Shown piece after piece: positions 1 through 9,291 of a stretch of DNA of 35,587 bases (positions are counted from its first letter, which is position 1; every line of letters starts with the position of its first letter). The translations under genes and the position numbers were made by a program. The DNA is from Patescibacteria group bacterium (GTDB lineage Bacteria; Patescibacteriota; UBA1384; 2-12-FULL-50-11; DASWYB01), in assembly GCA_041486955.1 (NCBI GenBank), contig JBGPML010000003.1:1-35587 (forward strand), given 5' to 3'. A model generated the notes under the pieces. It was not told where the DNA came from. It did not search any database and saw only the letters and a program-made list of their open reading frames with translations.

Positions 1-118
1 AACTTCCGAAATTGGGCTCTTTCTGCGTTATCACTTCCGTTCCTCATTCGACGTACATTTAAGTACGTCTCATTCCAGTACTCAACTCTGCCTTGAAATA
101 GCTCCAATTTGGAAAGTT
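1..118. repeat. Palindromic intergenic element, subfamily A, copy A1 (may be cut by the window edge)
   Basis: Core gacgtac-atttaa-gtacgtc (50-69); imperfect terminal arms aacttccgaaattgg / ccaatttggaaagtt; aligns by eye with 14073-14193 and the reverse complement of 33500-33621. Confidence 0.85.
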
Positions 119-131
119 CATGAAAGTCTAA

Positions 132-160
132 TTGAAGTTTTATCTGGTTCAGGGTAAAAT
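132..160 (+). promoter_or_regulatory. Sigma70-type promoter for a probably leaderless leuS
   Basis: TTGAAG(132-137)-17 nt-TAAAAT(155-160)-6 nt-ATG(167); no SD. Confidence 0.6.
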
Positions 161-166
161 TACCCT

Positions 167-2554
167 ATGAAAGCGCGGAAATATAATCCACACCAAATCG
201 AACAAAAATGGCAGAATATTTGGCCTAAAGAATGGGAGAGCTATAAACTCCAGCCTGGCGAAGAAAAATATTACTGTTTAGATATGTGGTCTTACCCGTC
301 GAGCGACGGCTTGCACACAGGGCATTGGCGTCCGTATACGATTGCTGATGCATGGGCTCGTTATCAAACGTTAAAAGGAAAAAAAGTTCTTCACCCAGTT
401 GGTTTCGATGCTTTTGGGTTACCAGCAGAAAATGCCGCCATTAAGAATAAGACTCATCCAGCTGATTATACTAAAACGTCGATCGCCAATTTTACCCGTC
501 AGCTTCACGAACTTGGTGCAATGTACGACTGGTCTACCCATTCAGTATCCAGCTCCCCGGATTACTACCGTTGGACCCAATGGTTGTTCCTACAACTTTA
601 TAATAACGATCTGGCCTATCGAAAATCGGCTTTAGTTAATTGGTGCCCGAAAGATCAAACCGTTTTAGCCAACGAACAAGTGATAGGTGGTCGTTGTGAA
701 CGATGTGGTACGGAAGTCAATAAGAAAGAGCTCAAACAGTGGTTTTTCAAAATTACCGATTTCGCTGAAGATCTGTTAAATTTCGACGGTCTTACCTGGC
801 CAGAACGGGTGAAAACCCTTCAGAGGGCCTGGATTGGCAAAAGTGAAGGCGCAGAAATTGACTTTCCCATCACGGAATCGAACGAAAAAATTAAGGTTTT
901 TACCACACGACCGGATACGTTGATGGGAGTCACCTACCTTGTCTTAGCCCCTGAACATCCATTCGTTAAGTTAATAACGTCTGAATCACAAAAGAACATT
1001 GTCACGGCCTATCAAGAACAGGCACTAAAAGAAAGCGAAATCGAACGATTGACTGAAAACCGTAAAAAGACCGGCGTTTTCACCGGCGCTTATGCTAAGC
1101 ATCCTCTTACAGATAAGGACATCCCGATCTGGGTGGCCGACTATGTCTTGGGTACCTACGGTACCGGCGCGGTCATGGGAGTGCCAGCGCACGACAGCCG
1201 AGACTTTATTTTCGCCCGCGATTATAAATTACCGATTGCGTATGTTATCAGCCCGCCAGAGGGTGTGGTCAATGACGATGCTCCCTATCTTGAACCTGGA
1301 ACAATGATTAACTCTGATGACTTTAATGATCAGACGAACGAAGCGGGTGGCAAGGCAATTGTCGAGGCACTCGAAAAAAAAGGTAGCGGAAAATGGACGG
1401 TTCAATACCGACTCCGTGACTGGTTAGTTTCGAGGCAACGTTATTGGGGCGCCCCGATCCCGATTATCTACTGTGAAAAATGCGGTGAACAAGCTGTTCC
1501 GGAATCTGACCTTCCCGTACTATTACCTACCGACGTAGAATTTATGCCGACGGGCGGTTCTCCACTCGACCGTCATCCAACCTTTAAACATACGTCGTGT
1601 CCAAACTGTGGTGGTTCAGCTACTCGTGAAACTGATACATTAGACACGTTTGTTGATTCATCGTGGTACTTCCTTCGTTATACTGATCCAAAGAACGATA
1701 AAGAACCATTTAGTAAAGAGCAAGTTGAAAAATGGTTACCAGTCGATTTTTATGTCGGTGGAGTTGAACATGCGATTCTTCATTTGCTCTATGCGAGATT
1801 TGTGACCAAGGCTTTACAGCGACTTAACTATGTCTCATTTCACGAACCGTTTAAGCAGTTTTACGGGAATGGTATTGTCTATCTCCACGGTAGTAAGATG
1901 TCGAAATCAAAAGGGAATATTGTTAATCCTGACGATATTGTTAAAAGGCACGGTACCGATGCCCTCCGAGGATATATATTGTTTATGGGACCAGGAGATC
2001 AGGATGTGGAATGGCAGGAAAACGGAATTCTCGGCGTCCGACGTTTTATGGATAAGTCTTGGCAGATTTTTCACAACGTCGAAATCGATTCAAATAATGA
2101 AACCGTCCGGCCACCGATTGAAAAAGCCTATCAAGCAATTTCCGATCTATTGCCACATCTCTACTTCAACCGCTGTATCAGTACTCTCATGACGGCCGCT
2201 AACGAGCTCCAAGATGTCCGGCTTAATAAACACGAAGCTGAAATCTTAGCCATTATACTTTCGCCATTCATGCCTCATTTAGCTGAAGAGGTATGGTCGA
2301 TTTTGGGCCATTCCACCTCGATTTTTGATGCTCAGTGGCCGGTAATCGAAGTTGCGGCAGAAAAAACAGTAATCTACGCCATACAAGTCAATGGGAAGTT
2401 ACGTGGTACGTTAGAGGCAGACCGGGAGGCGGATGAGTCAAAAATCATTAACGAATCTAAGCGATTATTACATGCAAAGTCTCAATTGGATGAAAATAAT
2501 ATCATCAAAACGATCTTTGTTGCTGGACGAATCGTTAATTTCGTGGTAAAATAA
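167..2554 (+). CDS. leuS: Leucine--tRNA ligase
   Basis: YPSSDGLHTGH (HIGH variant), GFDAFGLPAENAA, FTTRPDT editing domain, SRQRYWG, KMSKS, C-terminal QVNGKLRG. Confidence 0.98.
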   Translation: MKARKYNPHQIEQKWQNIWPKEWESYKLQPGEEKYYCLDMWSYPSSDGLHTGHWRPYTIADAWARYQTLKGKKVLHPVGFDAFGLPAENAAIKNKTHPADYTKTSIANFTRQLHELGAMYDWSTHSVSSSPDYYRWTQWLFLQLYNNDLAYRKSALVNWCPKDQTVLANEQVIGGRCERCGTEVNKKELKQWFFKITDFAEDLLNFDGLTWPERVKTLQRAWIGKSEGAEIDFPITESNEKIKVFTTRPDTLMGVTYLVLAPEHPFVKLITSESQKNIVTAYQEQALKESEIERLTENRKKTGVFTGAYAKHPLTDKDIPIWVADYVLGTYGTGAVMGVPAHDSRDFIFARDYKLPIAYVISPPEGVVNDDAPYLEPGTMINSDDFNDQTNEAGGKAIVEALEKKGSGKWTVQYRLRDWLVSRQRYWGAPIPIIYCEKCGEQAVPESDLPVLLPTDVEFMPTGGSPLDRHPTFKHTSCPNCGGSATRETDTLDTFVDSSWYFLRYTDPKNDKEPFSKEQVEKWLPVDFYVGGVEHAILHLLYARFVTKALQRLNYVSFHEPFKQFYGNGIVYLHGSKMSKSKGNIVNPDDIVKRHGTDALRGYILFMGPGDQDVEWQENGILGVRRFMDKSWQIFHNVEIDSNNETVRPPIEKAYQAISDLLPHLYFNRCISTLMTAANELQDVRLNKHEAEILAIILSPFMPHLAEEVWSILGHSTSIFDAQWPVIEVAAEKTVIYAIQVNGKLRGTLEADREADESKIINESKRLLHAKSQLDENNIIKTIFVAGRIVNFVVK

Positions 2555-2623
2555 CTCTGTTATCGAACACGTGAAGATGCGTATATACACATCGCTATAA
2601 AGAACTGTTAGGATTAAATAACT

Positions 2624-2812
2624 ATGCCGCAACCGAAAAAACGTTTATCTCATACCAGGTCTGGCAATCGCCGCAGTCATTTAAAGCTGCAATCAGTCGC
2701 AGTAACTTCATGTTCCAACTGTCATACTCCCGTATCACCGCATACGGTCTGTTTAAATTGCGGTTATTATCGCGGTAAACGAGCAATTCCTCAAAAAGCT
2801 CAATCAAAATAA
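2624..2812 (+). CDS. rpmF: 50S ribosomal protein L32 (zinc-binding type)
   Basis: MPQPKKRLS..RRSH, CxxC..PHTVCxxCGYYRG. Confidence 0.97.
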   Translation: MPQPKKRLSHTRSGNRRSHLKLQSVAVTSCSNCHTPVSPHTVCLNCGYYRGKRAIPQKAQSK

Positions 2813-2827
2813 GTTAAGAAGGGCACT

Positions 2828-3265
2828 ATGAACCGTCATCTGGCACGTACCCTGGCAATGCAGACGCTGTATGAATGGGATTTCCAGCCCAATAAACCAA
2901 TTACCGACTTGCTGGAAGACAATATCGAAGCCAGTGATCACGTCGGCGAGGACGGGCAATTTGCTAAGGATTTAGTCGATGGAGTTGTGGATCACAAGAC
3001 GGAAATTGATACGTTAGTAACAAAGACTGCTCCTGAATGGCCGCTCGATCAGATTTCTGTCATTGATAAATCTATCCTTCGACTGGCACTGTTTGAACTT
3101 TTATATGTATCTGATGTGCCGGGTAAAGTTGCTATCAATGAAGCCGTTGAACTGGCTAAGACGTTTGGGGGGGACAATTCGTCACGATTTATTAATGGAG
3201 TTTTGGGAACGATTTATCGGCAATCCGATCGTTATAAAAAAGAATCCCAAGAAGAAGTAAAGTAA
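2828..3265 (+). CDS. nusB: Transcription antitermination factor NusB
   Basis: RHLARTLAMQTLYEWD, IDKSILRLA, VAINEAVELAKTFG..SRFINGVLG. Confidence 0.97.
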   Translation: MNRHLARTLAMQTLYEWDFQPNKPITDLLEDNIEASDHVGEDGQFAKDLVDGVVDHKTEIDTLVTKTAPEWPLDQISVIDKSILRLALFELLYVSDVPGKVAINEAVELAKTFGGDNSSRFINGVLGTIYRQSDRYKKESQEEVK

Positions 3266-3275
3266 GGTTTAACGC

Positions 3276-3980
3276 ATGTTGACCGAGGATCAAACTAAAG
3301 AAATATCTCAAGCGATCGACATTGAATTTAAAGACGATGATCTACTCCGCCAGGTCTTTATTCATCGTTCTTATCTCAATGAGAACCCTGGCAGTAAACT
3401 TGGCCATAACGAACGTCTCGAATTTCTTGGGGATGCGGTTCTAGAATTAATTGTGACTGAGTTCCTTTATAAAAACTATCCTAATCCAGAAGGTGAACTG
3501 ACCAACTGGCGAAGCGCATTAGTCCGTGGTCAACATTTAGCTGAAGTTGCCGGTCAGCTTGGCTTGGGTCAATGGTTAATGTTATCTCGTGGAGAGGCAA
3601 AATCCGGCGGTAAAACCCGCCAAATCCTCTTAGCCAACATGTTTGAAGCCCTGCTAGGCGCTATCTATCTCGATTCCGGGTTAGAAGTGACTAGGAAATT
3701 TATTGATGAACATATCACCGTTCGCTTGCCAGACATTCTTTCAAAAGAGCTTCATATTGATGCCAAAAGTAAATTCCAAGAGCTTACCCAAGCTCGGGTC
3801 GGAATTACTCCGCACTATTCCGTAACCCGGGAAGAGGGACCAGATCATGCTAAAGAATTTACCGTAGCGGTGTATCTCGGTAACAAACTGGTTGCAGAAG
3901 CTAAAGGGTCATCTAAACAAACCGCAGAACAAGCGGCTGCCTCTTTGGCGGTGCGCAACTTTATCGAAGCGAACGCTTAA
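3276..3980 (+). CDS. rnc: Ribonuclease III
   Basis: HNERLEFLGDAVL signature, FEALLGAIYLDSG, C-terminal dsRBD (GPDHAKEF..AEQAAA). Confidence 0.98.
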   Translation: MLTEDQTKEISQAIDIEFKDDDLLRQVFIHRSYLNENPGSKLGHNERLEFLGDAVLELIVTEFLYKNYPNPEGELTNWRSALVRGQHLAEVAGQLGLGQWLMLSRGEAKSGGKTRQILLANMFEALLGAIYLDSGLEVTRKFIDEHITVRLPDILSKELHIDAKSKFQELTQARVGITPHYSVTREEGPDHAKEFTVAVYLGNKLVAEAKGSSKQTAEQAAASLAVRNFIEANA

Positions 3981-3985
3981 CGCTT

Positions 3986-4148
3986 GAACCTATCTTATAA
4001 ATCAAACCTTAAGCTGCAAACGAGAATATTAGAGCTGCACGCCACGAATCACTCGTCAAAATAGTGTAAACTATTCTTCCTCGTAAGTTCGGGGCGTTCG
4101 CTTATAATCTGCTCGTTTTCGCTATCAGGCAGATTTTAAGACAGGTTC
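3986..4148. repeat. Palindromic intergenic element, subfamily B, copy B1
   Basis: Terminal arms gaacctatcttataaatc / gattttaagacaggttc; core aaaatag-tgtaaa-ctattct (4058-4077); gctgca..tcgtcaa..tag..cta..cttcct..ttcgg..ttcgct shared with the reverse complements of B2 and B3. Confidence 0.85.
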
Positions 4149-4568
4149 CTAGTCACTCGAAGCAGATGCCTCAGCCCAACCTGGACCAGCTGATGCTTGG
4201 GCATGTGCGTCTCCGCTTTCCGTTTCGGCAGATACCATATCTTGGTATTCATAATGTTTGACTTCATATGTGTGCGTCGTGTAAGTTATTTCTTCTATAG
4301 CTTGCGGTGATTTATTATCAGTATCATTTGAATGGCCATCATCTTTTGATGATCCATCTTTGCTTAGCTCTATTGTTGGTAACTGTGTCGGTGTTACTTC
4401 TGGGGTTGGAGTAAGAATAGCTACAGGGAGCGAGGAAGTCGGAGTAGGTGTTATTACCACTGCCCTTCGACGCTTAACCCAGCCAAAAATGAGGTATAAG
4501 ACTAGTCCAAGAACAATAAAACCAATTACGAGGCGGATAATAAGAGTTAATAGATCGGATCGTACCAT
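4149..4568 (-). CDS. Hypothetical single-pass membrane protein with a Pro/Thr-rich linker
   Basis: N-terminal hydrophobic helix followed by KRRR, TPTPT repeats and an acidic tail. Confidence 0.75.
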   Translation of the reverse strand: MVRSDLLTLIIRLVIGFIVLGLVLYLIFGWVKRRRAVVITPTPTSSLPVAILTPTPEVTPTQLPTIELSKDGSSKDDGHSNDTDNKSPQAIEEITYTTHTYEVKHYEYQDMVSAETESGDAHAQASAGPGWAEASASSD

Positions 4569-4618
4569 ATTTATTTCAAGATGATTTTACTTCATTTAGC
4601 GAATCAAAAGCGAAGCTT

Positions 4619-5296
4619 TTATTTCGAGAAATCTTGGCGAATTTTGGCTATCAAATCTGCAGCAGCTTCTTTTCCACCCAAACCGAAGGCCAGTCCAAAA
4701 GCAATAGCTGAAGCGGCGACGATACCAGTTAGGACAATATTAATGATTTGCGGAGCAATTCCCAGTTGGGATAGAGCAGCCAGGGCGGCAAAGACATATA
4801 TAATATATCGAGCCACAACGGCCAAACCTACTGAAGCTCGTGTACCTAACCCGGCTGCGGTGGCACGGATAACATTACCTAGGAATTCAGCAAATAGAGC
4901 ACCGATGAAGAGAATAATAATAGCGCTGCCAACATTAGGAAGATAAGCGATAATTTGATTCAGTACACTGCTGACTTGAGAGAGACCAAGTATACTTGCG
5001 GCTGGTAGAAGGAAAAGTATAATAATAACCCAGCGGACGAATTCCCCGAGTAATGCTCCTAAATTAGTACTCAAGCCGGCCTTTTTTAAACTTTTCGCAA
5101 AATCAAGCTGCTCAAAAGCCTCCTGTAGACGAATTGCTAATACTAACCGTTCAATCAGCCATTTTAAAATATTGGCCACCAGTACGCCAATAATCATAAT
5201 GACAATTGCGCCAAGTAAATTGGGCAATGAATTCACAATCCGGTACCAACCCTCGATCAGGGCGTCCCGAGTAACTGAAGACCACTGTAGCGACAT
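4619..5296 (-). CDS. Conserved TM-helix repeat membrane protein (CmpX / MscS N-terminal-like)
   Basis: Two LPNxxxAIxI repeats and a AFGLAFGLGGK motif; GAGGAG SD 5 nt before ATG at 5296. Confidence 0.85.
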   Translation of the reverse strand: MSLQWSSVTRDALIEGWYRIVNSLPNLLGAIVIMIIGVLVANILKWLIERLVLAIRLQEAFEQLDFAKSLKKAGLSTNLGALLGEFVRWVIIILFLLPAASILGLSQVSSVLNQIIAYLPNVGSAIIILFIGALFAEFLGNVIRATAAGLGTRASVGLAVVARYIIYVFAALAALSQLGIAPQIINIVLTGIVAASAIAFGLAFGLGGKEAAADLIAKIRQDFSK

Positions 5297-5319
5297 ATAC
5301 ACTCCTCTCTTTGTGATTT

Positions 5320-5349
5320 ATTATATACTTCTAATTTTGAGATTGTCAA
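5320..5349 (-). promoter_or_regulatory. Consensus sigma70 promoter
   Basis: TTGACA(5349-5344)-18 nt-TATAAT(5325-5320). Confidence 0.8.
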
Positions 5350-5355
5350 TGTGCT

Positions 5356-6090
5356 TTAGTCAGCTCCATTGCAGTAGACCCGCAGTTTTTCATACCATGT
5401 AATCGCTTCATAGCCGACCCAATTTTTAGGCATAAGTTCGGCTGGCAGCCGCGGATCATTTTTGCAATGAAGAGCTAGGTTTACGACCATACATTTAGCA
5501 AAAAAAGAACGGTTCTGACGATTTTTTAATTGCCGATACTCTTTTTGAAACTGTTGAAAGAGATTCTGGTAATCTTCAGCCACCTTGGGAAGATCCCATA
5601 GCTTGACCACATCTATTTGATTACCTCCAACATGATCAGATTCAAAAAAGTGGACTGATTCGACTAGGTCAGTTTCGGTAATGATTGAATTAAAACGATC
5701 CACAACATCTCGGTTGGGGGTAATCCAAACACTCGATTGCAGCATGCGTGCACCGAGATCCATTAATTTAAGACGAAACATTTGTCGAATCGTTCGTTTT
5801 GACTCTGGGACATCAAAAAGAATAATTCGCCATTTTTTATCCCAGGTGTGGTTTGGATCAGGCAAACGAGATAAAATATCTGATAAACAGGCATCCCCTT
5901 TTTCAGTTAAAACAAAATATTCCGAATCGTCGGATTTAATTCGCTGGATGTAATTTAATCCCTCCAGTCGTCCGAGAGCGCCCAAAGCTTGGCGTTTATT
6001 CCCAAAATATTCCAGCTCGCTCAATCCAACTTGTCCATGGTCTTCAACAAAGACGAGAATTTTATTAAATAATGAAATATCTAATTCCAT
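5356..6090 (-). CDS. PaaX-family transcriptional regulator (wHTH, Cas2-like ferredoxin domain, PaaX C-terminal domain)
   Basis: wHTH ending FVLTEKG; WDKKWRIILFDVPE..R..L..LG..LQSSVWITP; DPRLPAELMPKNW. Confidence 0.85.
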   Translation of the reverse strand: MELDISLFNKILVFVEDHGQVGLSELEYFGNKRQALGALGRLEGLNYIQRIKSDDSEYFVLTEKGDACLSDILSRLPDPNHTWDKKWRIILFDVPESKRTIRQMFRLKLMDLGARMLQSSVWITPNRDVVDRFNSIITETDLVESVHFFESDHVGGNQIDVVKLWDLPKVAEDYQNLFQQFQKEYRQLKNRQNRSFFAKCMVVNLALHCKNDPRLPAELMPKNWVGYEAITWYEKLRVYCNGAD

Positions 6091-6158
6091 TGTGCCTCGT
6101 TGCTCGTTTCAAAGCCTGAAAGATCAAGTTGAACGGAAGAAACGCAAATCATACTGGC

Positions 6159-6186
6159 ATACTAGCATGTATAATCCGCCCGTCAA
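6159..6186 (-). promoter_or_regulatory. Promoter for the PaaX-like gene
   Basis: TTGACG-16 nt-TAGTAT with a TG extended -10. Confidence 0.55.
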
Positions 6187-6216
6187 GTGAGGTTTCTCTA
6201 AGAGAAAAATTATATG

Positions 6217-7176
6217 CTACGGGCTGGTCCAGTCGAGAAGCTTTCTCGCTTCTCGAGCCGAGGCGTCGTTAGAAGTCTCATCATTAGTATGCAAAATAAC
6301 TACGACATGTCTCGAATGGTCAGGATACTCTGCCGCCCCGACAAGACAATGACCCGCATCGAACGTAAAACCGGTTTTTACTCCAATAGCTTGAGGATAA
6401 TAGAGTGGTTCATCAGGCATAATCAACCGGTTTGAGTTAGAGAGTTCATGAACATAAACTTTGTCGGCTGACCAAGCAGAAAATTTTTGGGTGGCGACAA
6501 CCTTGCGAAACTGTGGATTGTCGAGAGCATAGTCGGTTAAAATCGCTAGATCATGGGCAGAAGAGTAACCCGTATCATCTAATCCCGCTGGATCCATATA
6601 ATGGGTATCACTTAACCCTAATTCAGCTGCCTTCTTATTCATGAGATCAACAAATGCTTGCCTTGAGGTGTAAGCGTCAGCAAAGCTATAAGCGGCGTCA
6701 TTCGCCGAATTCATAAGGAGACTGTAGAGTAAATTTTCCACGGTCATTGTTTCGCCCGTCATCAACTGAATTTCGGAGCCGCTAATAGTTGCCGCATCTC
6801 GACTCACAGTAATAACCTTGTCGAGCGGATACACATCGAGGGCGACTAAGCTCGTCATGATTTTCGTGGTTGACGCAATTGGTCGCTTATCGTGTTCGTT
6901 GAGTCCTTTGATCGGATACTTTGTGGCATGATCAATTACGACGTATGACTTAGCATAAATAGGCACATTGGTGGTTGGAATAGTCGGCAAGGCGATGTCG
7001 GGTGGGGTCAGTGCCTCAAACTTCGTTTTAAAATCAGATACTTCCGCCGCGGCGATCACTTTTGATGTTGAGGCCGGGCCAGGATGATAAAAATGAGCTG
7101 CACCATTACCAACCAAAACCGCAATAGAAACTAACGCAGCAATCAATAGAATGCGATTACCAAGTGAAGCGCTCAT
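6217..7176 (-). CDS. D-alanyl-D-alanine carboxypeptidase (peptidase S11)
   Basis: Signal anchor; PIASTTK (SxxK), SANDAA (SxN), GVKTGFT (KTG). Confidence 0.93.
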   Translation of the reverse strand: MSASLGNRILLIAALVSIAVLVGNGAAHFYHPGPASTSKVIAAAEVSDFKTKFEALTPPDIALPTIPTTNVPIYAKSYVVIDHATKYPIKGLNEHDKRPIASTTKIMTSLVALDVYPLDKVITVSRDAATISGSEIQLMTGETMTVENLLYSLLMNSANDAAYSFADAYTSRQAFVDLMNKKAAELGLSDTHYMDPAGLDDTGYSSAHDLAILTDYALDNPQFRKVVATQKFSAWSADKVYVHELSNSNRLIMPDEPLYYPQAIGVKTGFTFDAGHCLVGAAEYPDHSRHVVVILHTNDETSNDASAREARKLLDWTSP

Positions 7177-7904
7177 AATTTAAGATGTTGTAAATCTATA
7201 GTAGCATACTCGCCTTCTTTCAGCCTGGCCAGTGTAACTGAGTTGACTCGTGTTCGAAGGAGATCGGTAACCGTATAACCGAGAACGGAGAAAAGTCGCC
7301 GAATCTGTCGTTTTCGTCCTTCTTGTAAAATAACAGTGGCTTTACCACTCTGTTTTACTGGATCAAAGCTACTGTCTAGCACAGTAGGTGGCTTAGATTG
7401 TATCTCTGGGTCAATAATTTCATGTTTTAATCGCTTGATATCTTCGGTAAAAGTCTCTGCGCGTTTCTTATTGATGGGGACAAATTCGATCTTATACTCC
7501 TTTTCGTGTTTAAAGCGAGGATGTTCTAAGCGTAATGCCAAATCACCATCATTGGTAAAGAGTAGCAGGCCGCGGCTATCACGATCAAGCCGTCCGATCG
7601 GGTTAAGATGTTGATATTGTTTCGGGAGAAAATTCATCACGGTCACCTTGGCATGAGGATCTTTTTTTGTCGTGGTAATCCCCCGCGGTTTATTAAAGGC
7701 GATAAGTATTCTTTCAGGTTTGTGGTGATTAATGACTTTACCATCAAACTTAATTACGTCACTAGCCGTAACTTTTTCACCCAACTGGGCTGGTCGGTTA
7801 TTCACGGTTATGCGTTTTGCCACAATAAGATTGTCGACACTCCGTCGTGATCCGAGCCCTGATTGAGCTAATATTTTATTGAGCCGCTCGGGTGTTTGGC
7901 TCAT
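7173..7904 (-). CDS. rRNA pseudouridine synthase, RsuA/RluB family
   Basis: S4 domain ERLNKILAQSGLGSRR, GRLDRDSRGLLLFTNDG, EGRKRQIRR; start placed at MSQTPERL (7904). Confidence 0.93.
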   Translation of the reverse strand: MSQTPERLNKILAQSGLGSRRSVDNLIVAKRITVNNRPAQLGEKVTASDVIKFDGKVINHHKPERILIAFNKPRGITTTKKDPHAKVTVMNFLPKQYQHLNPIGRLDRDSRGLLLFTNDGDLALRLEHPRFKHEKEYKIEFVPINKKRAETFTEDIKRLKHEIIDPEIQSKPPTVLDSSFDPVKQSGKATVILQEGRKRQIRRLFSVLGYTVTDLLRTRVNSVTLARLKEGEYATIDLQHLKL

Positions 7905-9291
7905 CGATGTGGATATGGAGTTCTTTGAGCTGCGTCTCATTAATTGTCGACGGGGCACCCATCATCAAATCTCGTCCGTCACCGGTTTTTGGAAAGGCAA
8001 TAACTTCCCGAATATTTGGTTCACCAGCTAACAACATGACTAATCGGTCGATTCCGGGTGCAATCCCGCCATGAGGCGGAGCGCCGTACCGAAAAGCCTC
8101 TAACATATGACCGAATCGAGATTGAGCTTCCTCGTCACTAATTCCAAGAATTTTGAATATTTTCTGTTGGAGATCGGCTTCATGAATACGCATACTTCCG
8201 CCACCAACTTCATAGCCATTGAGGACTAAGTCATAACTGTCACTCAACGCTTTCTCCGGTTCGGTATCAATGAGTGTCTCATCGCCGGCTTTTGGTCGGG
8301 TAAATAAGTGATGGGTGGCGACCAATTTTTTATCAGTTTGCGAGTACTCAAAAAGCGGGACATCGGTTATCCAGGCAAAAGCTAATTCGTTCGGATTGTT
8401 CTTATCTTGTCGTAAGTCAGGTTTGTCTGTTCCGTACTTTTCCATCGCCTCGGCATAGGTAAGTCGAGGAAATGGTTTAGAACGGATTGTTTTCTCGGGA
8501 GTAATTGTTTCAACTAATGATGTGAACATCTTCTCGACAAACTCGAGGATCATCTCTTGATCAACAAAACTCATTTCAATATCGAGCTGAGTAAACTCTG
8601 GCTGTCGATCCCCTCTTGGATCTTCATCGCGAAAACAACGAGCGACCTGAAAATAACGATCAAGGCCACCGACCATCAGAAGCTGTTTAAATTGCTGTGG
8701 TGATTGCGGTAAAGCGTAGAAATGACCGGGTTGAAGGCGCGCCGGCACCAGATACTCCCGTGCCCCTTCGGGTGTTCCTTTCGTGATATAGGGTGTTTCT
8801 ACTTCAGTAAAATGCTGATCATGGAGGTAGTTACGTAAAAAGTGAATAACTCTACTACGTAACTGTAGGTTAGCTTTAACCCGATCATTACGCATATCTA
8901 AGTAGCGATACTGCATTCGGAGCTCTTCATTCACCAAATCAGAGCTCTGACTCCCCCAGGGAAATTCTTGAGCTGGGGTGATAATGGTCAGATCGGTAAT
9001 TTGAATTTCAATTGATCCGTTCGGTTCGTCAGTTTTGAGGTTATCAGGTCGATTAACGACAGTACCCGAAAGTATCACGGAAGACTGTTCCTTGGCCTCG
9101 GCCGTCTCAGTAAAAAATGATTGGTCGGCCGTTGCCACCGTTTGAACCTTGCCAGTGCTGTCTTTAATGTCAAGAAACACAACTTTGCTATGATGTCGTT
9201 TTGTGGCAATCCAACCGGCGATGGTGACGTTTTGGTCGACTTGTTCGGTGAGGGTGCCAATAAAGATGCGTTGTTTAACGGATAGTGGCAT
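7876..9291 (-). CDS. aspS: Aspartate--tRNA ligase, short form without the GAD insertion
   Basis: OB-fold N-terminus, TPEGAREYLVP, LPQSPQQFKQLLM, FRDED.RGDRQPEFTQLD, GAPPHGGIAPGIDR. Confidence 0.97.
   Translation of the reverse strand: MPLSVKQRIFIGTLTEQVDQNVTIAGWIATKRHHSKVVFLDIKDSTGKVQTVATADQSFFTETAEAKEQSSVILSGTVVNRPDNLKTDEPNGSIEIQITDLTIITPAQEFPWGSQSSDLVNEELRMQYRYLDMRNDRVKANLQLRSRVIHFLRNYLHDQHFTEVETPYITKGTPEGAREYLVPARLQPGHFYALPQSPQQFKQLLMVGGLDRYFQVARCFRDEDPRGDRQPEFTQLDIEMSFVDQEMILEFVEKMFTSLVETITPEKTIRSKPFPRLTYAEAMEKYGTDKPDLRQDKNNPNELAFAWITDVPLFEYSQTDKKLVATHHLFTRPKAGDETLIDTEPEKALSDSYDLVLNGYEVGGGSMRIHEADLQQKIFKILGISDEEAQSRFGHMLEAFRYGAPPHGGIAPGIDRLVMLLAGEPNIREVIAFPKTGDGRDLMMGAPSTINETQLKELHIHIDEPNTRAAQ

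Noticed and set aside
5356-6090. CRISPR Cas2 or a CRISPR locus
   Set aside because: The Cas2-like segment is the PaaX central domain; there is no repeat-spacer array or other cas gene in the window.
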